From IMG/VR virus record IMGVR_UViG_2703718827_000009, positions 1-4,771 of that record: a DNA stretch of 4,771 nt. One strand, 5' to 3'. The first letter of the stretch is position 1; the number at the start of each line of letters is the position of its first letter. Both the position numbers and the translations under genes were made by a program. Under the pieces are notes generated by a model. That model saw only the letters and a list, made by a program, of their open reading frames with translations. It searched no databases and was not told the origin of the DNA. Positions 1 to 4,771 of this stretch are shown here, piece after piece. The DNA comes from a virus. Its lineage: Duplodnaviria > Heunggongvirae > Uroviricota > Caudoviricetes.

Positions 1-318
1 TCACACCATCCTGTCGTCTTCGATCGCACTGTTGATGAAGTACGTCACCCTTCCCAACACCTCGACCTCTTCCGCTGCCTCACCTTCTATCGCTTCGCCA
101 TCATCCGTGATTAATGCCCTTCCCCTGAGTTTCGCAAATTGTGTTCGACCGCCGGACAAGATCAATAGCACCTGCCCCTGCACTAACCGGGTAACCGGTT
201 CGATAACCGCAAACCCGGAAGACGTTTCCAGGATGCGGGTATCAATGCCCACACCACAGATGAGTTCCGGTGTCATCCGCTGAGACACGTAATCAGCAGC
301 CGGTGAAGGAAAGCCCAT
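1..318 (-). CDS. UmuD'-like (HumD-like) S24/LexA-family beta-barrel protein; N-terminus in window at 318, 3' end beyond the window edge
   Basis: The product begins M-GFPSPAADYVSQR, matching from memory the segment of E. coli UmuD that follows its RecA-mediated cleavage site (GFPSPAADYVEQR). Later segments (GQVLLILSGGRTQFAKLRGR; EVEVLGRVTYFI) align loosely with the UmuD C-terminal strands. An in-frame stop lies 17 codons upstream (372..370), so no N-terminal arm is encoded. Start ATG 318..316 has a strong SD GGGAGGG 7 nt upstream and overlaps the stop of the upstream ORF (TGATG). Confidence 0.6.
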   Translation of the reverse strand: MGFPSPAADYVSQRMTPELICGVGIDTRILETSSGFAVIEPVTRLVQGQVLLILSGGRTQFAKLRGRALITDDGEAIEGEAAEEVEVLGRVTYFINSAIEDDRMV

Positions 319-557
319 CAGTGAACCCTCCCCATGTTGCGCAGGATCCAGTAGTGATTGTCGGTTCCGTCAGTTGTCTTGTCGGTAAAATCTGGCTGGT
401 AGTACTTTATCCACTCGTTGGCGTCGGCCCGGGTGAAATGCCAGTGGACCTTTGCCAGCTCGCGGATAAAGTCTTCTGTGCGTAAGCACCGGTAGCCCTT
501 GGAGTTTAGCTGTATTGCGGCCACAAATGCGCTGTGAATGTCTGATTGGCGGGGCAT
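318..557 (-). CDS. Small hypothetical protein (79 aa from ATG at 557; the reading frame stays open up to 644), first gene of a putative SOS-regulated pair
   Basis: Open frame 644..318 in the ORF track. The internal ATG at 557 is preferred because the LexA box (572..591) would otherwise lie inside the coding sequence; an AAGAG purine tract sits about 8 nt upstream of it. Its stop is translationally coupled to the downstream UmuD'-like gene. I recognise no family for the product (MPRQSDIHSAFVAAIQLNSKGYRCLRTEDFIRELAKVHWHF...). Confidence 0.45.
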   Translation of the reverse strand: MPRQSDIHSAFVAAIQLNSKGYRCLRTEDFIRELAKVHWHFTRADANEWIKYYQPDFTDKTTDGTDNHYWILRNMGRVH

Positions 558-571
558 GATCTGCACTCTTT

Positions 572-591
572 TACTGTTTTTATATACAGTA
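572..591. promoter_or_regulatory. LexA (SOS) box, TACTGTTTTTATATACAGTA
   Basis: Palindromic CTGT-N8-ACAG with an AT-rich spacer, matching the gammaproteobacterial consensus TACTG(TA)5CAGTA at about 17-18 of 20 positions. It lies 15 nt upstream of the minus-strand ATG at 557 and about 7 nt upstream of a strong plus-strand SD (598..604), in a divergent intergenic region. Confidence 0.7.
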
Positions 592-615
592 GTTTTAAAG
601 GAGGTGCAGATCAAG

Positions 616-696
616 ATGGCTAGGCCTATCAATGGAGCAACCATGAGATTTAGCAGTTTGCGACCGCCGCTCCTCCCTCAAGCGAAACCACCGTGA
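616..696 (+). CDS. Candidate 26-aa small ORF (MARPINGATMRFSSLRPPLLPQAKPP) behind a near-perfect Shine-Dalgarno sequence; speculative
   Basis: AAGGAGGTG at 598..606 is a near-perfect anti-SD complement, followed after an 11-nt spacer by ATG 616 and an open frame to TGA 694..696. It sits directly downstream of the LexA box and upstream of, on the same strand as, the glycosyltransferase gene. The peptide is basic and Pro-rich with no recognisable family; it may equally be a chance ORF. Confidence 0.2.
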   Translation: MARPINGATMRFSSLRPPLLPQAKPP

Positions 697-702
697 TATA
701 TT
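694..702 (+). promoter_or_regulatory. Possible extended -10 element (TGaTATATT) for the glycosyltransferase gene
   Basis: TG at 694..695, one spacer base, then hexamer TATATT at 697..702 (5 of 6 matches to TATAAT). No good -35 is visible. It lies about 30 nt upstream of ATG 732, which has SD AAGGA at 720..724. Confidence 0.3.
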
Positions 703-731
703 TACGCCACACACACTATAAGGATCTTAAG

Positions 732-1913
732 ATGAAAGTTGCTGTTTTGATGATGCAAAAGGATGAGTACCGGCTTCTTGAGCCATGGATACTGCATCAT
801 GCTGAGCTTTTTGGCCTTGAAAATTTATACGTCTACGATAACGGGTCAGCAGATGAGCGATGCCTTAACATTCTTAAGGAATATTCGGGAAAAGGGATGA
901 ATGTCGTTTATGACAGAAGCACCTTTGATGATTTCAATACCAGACATATCTACTTCGTAGACAAATACGAAGAATTAAAGAATTATCATGGCTATGATTT
1001 TATGATGCCACTTGATTGTGATGAGTTTGTCGGCGTTGAATTTTCAAAGGGTAAGGTGTCGCTGTCTAAAAATGACGTGTTGAATGAATTATCAAAATAT
1101 ATAGAAACCGACGCCACATTTAAAATTAAATATACATATGGCAACCACCCGCTTAACCCCAAAGAATTTGCGTTAAGCCCTAAACCTGAGAAAGTGTTCT
1201 TCCCTAAATCAAGAATCACTGCGCTGGGTAATGGCTTCCATCGCGGTGAGGTTGAGTCAGGCCATCAAGTTGATACCGATATCATTTACCTTCATTTCCA
1301 TCATAAAAAATATGATGACTATATCGCCAGCGCCCGTAATAAACTGGAAGGTCTTGTTGACGTCAATGATATTGAGGCTCTGAAGGCATTCAAAGGGGCG
1401 GGACATCATTTAGTCAAAAAGTTCCTGATGACTCAGACTGAATATTACGATATGCATGCAGCTTCGAAATCTATCAACCCGTCTAAGTTCTTTATTATGG
1501 ATGGAGTTTATGAATACCTGAAGGGTATGGGGCTGAATCTGGAGCAAGCATTAACGGTTGAGCACGATGAAAGTAGAATAACGTGGCATGGTTACGTAGA
1601 CAGGGTAAGAGAAGAGGAAGCGTCATGCGTTTTCACAGGGTGGTGCGTGCCCACTGAGGGCGTTGAGCAGCAGTTCTTTAACTTACGCATAGGACAGGAG
1701 ATCCTGCCCGGTTTTCTGGAGGAAAAAATTCAGCGCTCAGATGTTGTAGCGAAGTTCCCAGATTACAATCTGGACTGCGGATATTTAGTGAGATTCTACG
1801 GATTAACCAAAGGTGCATTGCAGCGTAACGAGTGGGAATTTCATGTTACTGCCGGATGTAAAGGCACTGGTTCAAAACTCAACAGAAGGAAAACAGAGTC
1901 ATACTTCCAATAA
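732..1913 (+). CDS. GT-A fold glycosyltransferase (family-2-like, resembling the Glyco_tranf_2_4 type), 393 aa, with a C-terminal domain of unknown function
   Basis: The N-terminus MKVAVLMMQKDEYRLLEPWILHHAELFGLENLYVYDNGSADE follows the E-W..HH...G....Y.YDNGS.D pattern of GT-A enzymes, and a DxD-type motif PLDCDEF lies about 90 aa in. ATG 732 has a good SD (AAGGA, 7-nt spacer); the GTG at 693 listed in the ORF track has none. Stop TAA 1911..1913 is followed immediately by a strong terminator. No obvious transmembrane segment. The gene is visibly more AT-rich than its flanks. Confidence 0.65.
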   Translation: MKVAVLMMQKDEYRLLEPWILHHAELFGLENLYVYDNGSADERCLNILKEYSGKGMNVVYDRSTFDDFNTRHIYFVDKYEELKNYHGYDFMMPLDCDEFVGVEFSKGKVSLSKNDVLNELSKYIETDATFKIKYTYGNHPLNPKEFALSPKPEKVFFPKSRITALGNGFHRGEVESGHQVDTDIIYLHFHHKKYDDYIASARNKLEGLVDVNDIEALKAFKGAGHHLVKKFLMTQTEYYDMHAASKSINPSKFFIMDGVYEYLKGMGLNLEQALTVEHDESRITWHGYVDRVREEEASCVFTGWCVPTEGVEQQFFNLRIGQEILPGFLEEKIQRSDVVAKFPDYNLDCGYLVRFYGLTKGALQRNEWEFHVTAGCKGTGSKLNRRKTESYFQ

Positions 1914-1916
1914 AAT

Positions 1917-1940
1917 AAGGCGGGAAATCCCGCCTTTTTT
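1917..1940. terminator. Bidirectional rho-independent terminator between convergent transcription units
   Basis: GGCGGG (1919..1924) pairs with CCCGCC (1929..1934) around loop AAAT, followed by TTTTTT (1935..1940) on the plus strand. On the minus strand the same hairpin is followed by a U-rich tract (TTATTTTATT). It sits 3 nt after the glycosyltransferase stop and about 40 nt after the stop of the minus-strand 80-aa ORF. Confidence 0.75.
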
Positions 1941-1975
1941 ACCTTCCCATGCCTTAGAATTGCCATTATTTTCAG

Positions 1976-2218
1976 CTAGCAATCAATTGTCGCATAAGGA
2001 AGTTCTGTCTTCGCATGTTTATAGCACTGCTCGAAGATATTAGGACCAGCGAGGTCATAATCGCATTCCATTGTTTGACGGTCTATCTGTGCTTTTTCGC
2101 CGGTTATTGGATGGTCAATATACTGAATGAGATCGTATTGTGCACGGTACTTTCCGTGCACTCTTGGCAGTTCAACGCGAATATAAACAGATCCTTCATT
2201 ATCATTCGTCAGTGCCAT
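1976..2218 (-). CDS. Hypothetical small acidic protein, 80 aa; last gene of the tailspike operon
   Basis: ATG 2218..2216 is preceded by SD GAGGT with a 5-nt spacer; stop TAG at 1978..1976. The start overlaps the preceding small ORF by 17 nt. The product (MALTNDNEGSVYIRVELPRVHGKYRAQYDLIQYIDHPITGEKAQIDRQTMECDYDLAGPNIFEQCYKHAKTELPYATIDC) has balanced composition with no signal peptide or transmembrane segment, and I recognise no family. The antisense plus-strand ORF (2015..2245) has a low-complexity hydrophobic product and looks spurious. Confidence 0.5.
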   Translation of the reverse strand: MALTNDNEGSVYIRVELPRVHGKYRAQYDLIQYIDHPITGEKAQIDRQTMECDYDLAGPNIFEQCYKHAKTELPYATIDC

Positions 2219-2363
2219 TCTTTACCTCGTGAAGAGATTCGATAGGGCTATCTAATTCTGCCTGCAATGCATTCATTGAAGCATTAAAAGCAGGAACTTC
2301 ATGACCGCTAAGATTTACGCGAAGCATAAACTGCATGATATTCTGAATAGTTTGCTTATCCAT
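2202..2363 (-). CDS. Hypothetical small acidic protein, 53 aa, immediately downstream of the tailspike gene
   Basis: This ORF is not in the supplied track (too short); I translated it by hand as MDKQTIQNIMQFMLRVNLSGHEVPAFNASMNALQAELDSPIESLHEVKNGTDE. ATG 2363..2361 is preceded by SD CAGGAC with a 6-7-nt spacer, only 12 nt after the tailspike stop. Stop TGA at 2204..2202 lies inside the start of the next ORF (17-nt overlap), suggesting translational coupling. Confidence 0.45.
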   Translation of the reverse strand: MDKQTIQNIMQFMLRVNLSGHEVPAFNASMNALQAELDSPIESLHEVKNGTDE

Positions 2364-2375
2364 TTTATTGTCCTG

Positions 2376-3878
2376 TTAAGTTAAACCAATTAATCCATGC
2401 CCGGTTGAAGCATGTAAGTCCTGAATTAATGCTGCAACTACCTTTGCTAAATCTTCGTGAGTTATTGTACCAGAATTAAACGCAGCTCTGGAAGTTGTAC
2501 CAGTTGGAGAACCCCATCCAGTTTTCCTCCCAGAAAGAATTTGATTGCCATTAACTCTAACATTCAGGTTGTTAAAGTTAGCCCAGTTCTCCGTCCTGTT
2601 AAGGCTCAAGTATGTCGTATTTGCAGGGCCTGTTCCTACGACAATTCTTTGATTGTCACCCAGCAAAATTGCGCAGTTATTACTGAACCCAGATTCAGTT
2701 AGAGAAATACCCACTCGGAAATTTCCATTTCTGAATCGTATACCATTTGCAGCGTTTGATAAAATAGATCCTTCAAGGCGCACATACTCGCCATTACCAA
2801 CTACAGTAGGTGCCTCTGTTGGCGGTACAATTGAATCGCCCCTGAATAGCAAACCAGTCCATATATACCCGTTAGGCGCAGCCGAGCCTCTTCCGACGTT
2901 AATCATGTGGGTTACACGGTTACTGCCATCGGTAGTGGTACAGACCAGACCTCGCGTATTTCCTTCCAGCTCAGCGCCTACCATCCAACCCTTATCTATG
3001 CTGCATCCATTATTGAGGTTGAATTCATGAACAATTACTGATTTGGCCCCTGTATTTGCTCCTCCAGTGCCTGCATCTCCTGATACTGCGCCGTACGACC
3101 ACCCGCCCCAAGCTTCGGCATTAGCATGGCGAGCCTCCCCCCTGAAATGAGCACCAACTAATTGCCCCGTCCCTCCTTCATGCCTTGCAGCAAAGGTTGC
3201 GGCAGCGCCATAAGCTGAACCACCTTGCTTTTCAAGATAACCGTAAAAGCACCCCTGTTCCCAACGCGAGACACCATCATCACGAGTTGCATTGGACTTT
3301 TTTTCTATCCATTGAACTGGATCTGGCGTGTCTGTAAGGGGTACTGAATATCGTTGCCGCATGGCATTCGAATATTGGATTGTGTTGTTATTGTAGATGT
3401 TTACACCAGCAACATCAGACCCCGTCCAGCCGCCTCCACCATAAAGATCGTCAAGCCCTTTCCCGTCTTTACCTGCAAATAAAGACCTCAAAGAGGCATC
3501 CCCAACACTTACCCATGCTCCGAGCCCAATTCCACCAGTGGAAATAGGAGTAGAGCCAGCTGGAACTACTTTACCGCCAGGAGGAAGCGCACCATCCCAT
3601 CGATAATATTCACCAGTGCTTGTATCTCGTAAAACCTGATTATATAACTCAATAGTTGCGCCAGATTGAAAAGAATCTAATGTTATATATCCAAATGAGG
3701 AAATAGCAGAAGCAGCCATTTCCTCAATTCCATACCACGTCTTACGCTTCCTTCCAAAGCGGTCCTGCCAGAAGGTAGAGTTTAAGTCATTTATTGCAGA
3801 GTCAAAGTTTTGTGAGTTGTCATATAGATCGCGCGGGTCTACTGAGCCCGGCGGATTATTAGTGGCGTATTTGGTCAT
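2376..3878 (-). CDS. Phage tailspike / receptor-binding protein with a predicted parallel beta-helix (polysaccharide depolymerase-like) body, about 500 aa
   Basis: Long minus-strand ORF (track 2376..3893). The central and C-terminal parts are Gly/Asn/Thr/Ser-rich with short repeats of alternating hydrophobic residues and Asn/Gly turns (e.g. NGIRFRNGNFRVGISLTESGFSNNCAILLGDNQRIVVGTG; NLNVRVNGNQILSG), typical of tailspike beta-helices. It sits directly downstream of a large tail structural gene. Start ATG 3878 is preferred (SD GGAG, 5-nt spacer) over ATG 3893, which directly abuts a T-run with no SD. The specific family was not identified from memory. Confidence 0.6.
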   Translation of the reverse strand: MTKYATNNPPGSVDPRDLYDNSQNFDSAINDLNSTFWQDRFGRKRKTWYGIEEMAASAISSFGYITLDSFQSGATIELYNQVLRDTSTGEYYRWDGALPPGGKVVPAGSTPISTGGIGLGAWVSVGDASLRSLFAGKDGKGLDDLYGGGGWTGSDVAGVNIYNNNTIQYSNAMRQRYSVPLTDTPDPVQWIEKKSNATRDDGVSRWEQGCFYGYLEKQGGSAYGAAATFAARHEGGTGQLVGAHFRGEARHANAEAWGGWSYGAVSGDAGTGGANTGAKSVIVHEFNLNNGCSIDKGWMVGAELEGNTRGLVCTTTDGSNRVTHMINVGRGSAAPNGYIWTGLLFRGDSIVPPTEAPTVVGNGEYVRLEGSILSNAANGIRFRNGNFRVGISLTESGFSNNCAILLGDNQRIVVGTGPANTTYLSLNRTENWANFNNLNVRVNGNQILSGRKTGWGSPTGTTSRAAFNSGTITHEDLAKVVAALIQDLHASTGHGLIGLT

Positions 3879-3893
3879 GCTCGCTCCGGGCAT

Positions 3894-3914
3894 AAAAAAC
3901 CCGCCGTAGCGGGT
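3894..3914 (-). terminator. Hairpin plus T-run (intrinsic terminator or attenuator-like) between the upstream tail gene and the tailspike gene
   Basis: On the minus strand, ACCCGC-TACG-GCGGGT (6-bp GC-rich stem, 4-nt loop; 3914..3899) is followed by five or six T. It lies 20 nt after the stop of the upstream gene (3937..3935) and directly before the tailspike start region. Probably partial or read through by antiterminated late transcription. Confidence 0.45.
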
Positions 3915-3934
3915 CAGATAGTTTTGATTTGCTG

Positions 3935-4771
3935 TTAAGCGGCGTCACCGGGGTATGTGGCGTCGTCATAGGCATACTTTCCTGGGTGGTACTGGATGGC
4001 TGTTACCTGACTGATCCCGTCATTGCCTGGGGATATTTCCCCCACCAGTGCGTCATACGGCACACGGACAGACGAGCAGAACAGCAGGCGCGGCGGCTCA
4101 ATGTACGCATCGTTCATTGCCCATAATTCCGGCTCCAGCGCGGCGCTGTACGGCACCGAGATCGTGAAGTCGTCAATGCGAGTCGGCACCACCATGGCTG
4201 ATGCCCTGCCGTCCTGATGGCGGATAATTACGCGCGGGTTTTCAAACGACCAGTCCGGGGACTCACTGAGCGTCATAGTGATTTTGCTGCTGTCATATGT
4301 CATATCGGTAATCAGGCAACTCAGCGTCTGGCTGCCGGGGATGTCATCGGCCAGCACAATGCGATCCATGAACTCATAACAGAGCGCATCCATCTCTGTT
4401 GATGTGGTGTGCTGCAGGCGCTGAAGCTGGTAGCCCAGCAACCGGCGCATGCCGATGCGGTAAGCGCGGTCCTCGTCCAGAACGCCATCCAGCGTGTAGC
4501 TCTCGATTTTCACCGGCGTAGGGTTGCCAGGCAGGCGACACTGCACGGTCTCCTCTGCCCAGGTGGTACCGTTGATATACGTCACGTCCACGCCATCGTA
4601 ATCGTCCTGAGACGGGGCCTTAAACGCGGTCTGCAACTCCTCGGTGGTTTCCTGCGGGGTGATCATGCCTACCCAGGGTTTAATCCCTTCCCGGCCAGCA
4701 GACGCCAGCCCGTCAGACAGCAGGAAATACCCCATCCCCGCGTTGGTGATTTTCTGCAGCACCTCAAGTGC
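3935..4771 (-). CDS. C-terminal ~275 aa of a large phage tail structural protein (possibly central tail fibre or tail-tip, host-specificity type); 5' end beyond the window
   Basis: The minus-strand frame is open from the window edge (reads ...ALEVLQKITNAG...) to stop TAA 3937..3935. GC-rich with enteric-like codon usage (frequent CTG, GCG, CGC). It sits immediately upstream of the tailspike gene. I could not match it confidently to lambda J from memory, so the identity is inferred from position only. Confidence 0.5.
   Translation of the reverse strand, partial: ALEVLQKITNAGMGYFLLSDGLASAGREGIKPWVGMITPQETTEELQTAFKAPSQDDYDGVDVTYINGTTWAEETVQCRLPGNPTPVKIESYTLDGVLDEDRAYRIGMRRLLGYQLQRLQHTTSTEMDALCYEFMDRIVLADDIPGSQTLSCLITDMTYDSSKITMTLSESPDWSFENPRVIIRHQDGRASAMVVPTRIDDFTISVPYSAALEPELWAMNDAYIEPPRLLFCSSVRVPYDALVGEISPGNDGISQVTAIQYHPGKYAYDDATYPGDAA

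Noticed and set aside
1-318. Full-length, cleavable UmuD, or a frameshifted umuD pseudogene
   Set aside because: The in-frame upstream sequence hits a stop after 17 codons and does not resemble the UmuD N-terminal arm, and the start codon has an excellent SD. It looks like an intact, naturally short UmuD'-type gene rather than a disrupted one.
32-485. Plus-strand ORFs 32..283 and 270..485 (83 and 71 aa)
   Set aside because: They are antisense to the UmuD'-like gene and the coupled small ORF, have Ser/Pro-rich low-complexity products, no SD, and no coupling signals. The minus-strand frames have a recognisable motif and strong translational signals.
644-644. ATG at 644 as the start of the minus-strand small ORF (108-aa version)
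   Set aside because: No SD upstream, and it would place the LexA operator inside the coding region. The ATG at 557 sits just downstream of the operator. Kept only as an alternative.
693-731. GTG at 693 as the glycosyltransferase start (ORF-track version, 406 aa)
   Set aside because: No SD upstream, and the N-terminal extension (MIYLRHTHYKDLK) precedes the conserved GT-A N-terminus. ATG 732 has AAGGA at ideal spacing.
992-1219. Minus-strand ORF 992..1219 (75 aa)
   Set aside because: Lies entirely inside and antisense to the glycosyltransferase gene; low-complexity Ser/Asn/Leu-rich product typical of a shadow ORF in AT-rich coding DNA.
1813-2245. Plus-strand ORFs 1813..2043 and 2015..2245
   Set aside because: The first spans the glycosyltransferase stop and the terminator; the second is antisense to the 80-aa minus-strand ORF with a hydrophobic low-complexity product and no SD. 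The minus-strand ORFs have good SDs and operon logic.
1976-2363. Calling the two small ORFs a Tfa/gp38/U-type tail-fibre assembly chaperone
   Set aside because: They are much shorter than those chaperones and show none of the conserved N-terminal sequence I associate with that family. The chaperone idea is kept only as one hypothesis in the findings.
2457-3030. Plus-strand ORFs 2457..2702 and 2653..3030
   Set aside because: Antisense shadow ORFs inside the tailspike gene; Pro/Ser/Arg-rich products from the complement of Gly/Asn-rich codons.
3879-3893. ATG at 3893 as the tailspike start (ORF-track version, 505 aa)
   Set aside because: It is immediately preceded by the terminator T-run with no SD, whereas ATG 3878 has GGAG 5 nt upstream. 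The difference is only 5 codons.
3929-4402. Plus-strand ORFs 3929..4126, 4023..4217 and 4217..4402
   Set aside because: Short antisense frames within the long, window-spanning minus-strand tail gene; Arg/Ser/Gly-rich products typical of GC-rich shadow frames.
3935-4771. Naming the upstream tail gene as lambda J (host specificity protein J)
   Set aside because: I could not align the visible C-terminal 275 aa to lambda J from memory, so only a generic tail structural call is made.
1-4771. CRISPR arrays, tRNA or rRNA genes, IS elements or transposase, attachment-site repeats
   Set aside because: No spaced direct repeats, no cloverleaf-like or rRNA-like sequence, no transposase-like ORF and no terminal inverted repeats were seen. 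Integration-site repeats cannot be assessed in a window this size.

Overview
This window looks like the distal, host-range end of a tailed-phage or prophage late operon in an enterobacterial-type genome, followed by accessory cargo. All calls are from reading the sequence and ORF track by eye; no searches were run. On the minus strand, reading right to left: the 3' end of a large GC-rich tail structural gene (4771..3935), a hairpin plus T-run, a ~500-aa Gly/Asn/Thr-rich tailspike-like gene (3878..2376), two tiny overlapping ORFs (2363..2202 and 2218..1976), then a strong bidirectional terminator (1917..1940). Converging on that terminator from the plus strand is an AT-rich GT-A-type glycosyltransferase gene (732..1913). 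Left of it is a divergent control region with a near-consensus LexA (SOS) box (572..591). Leftward from the box runs a small ORF (557..318) coupled through a TGATG overlap to a gene whose product starts exactly where processed UmuD' starts (318..1, continuing past the window edge). The most interesting candidates are the two-ORF module after the tailspike, the SOS-controlled UmuD'-like pair, and the glycosyltransferase beside a polysaccharide-targeting tailspike. No rRNA, tRNA, CRISPR array or transposase was seen.
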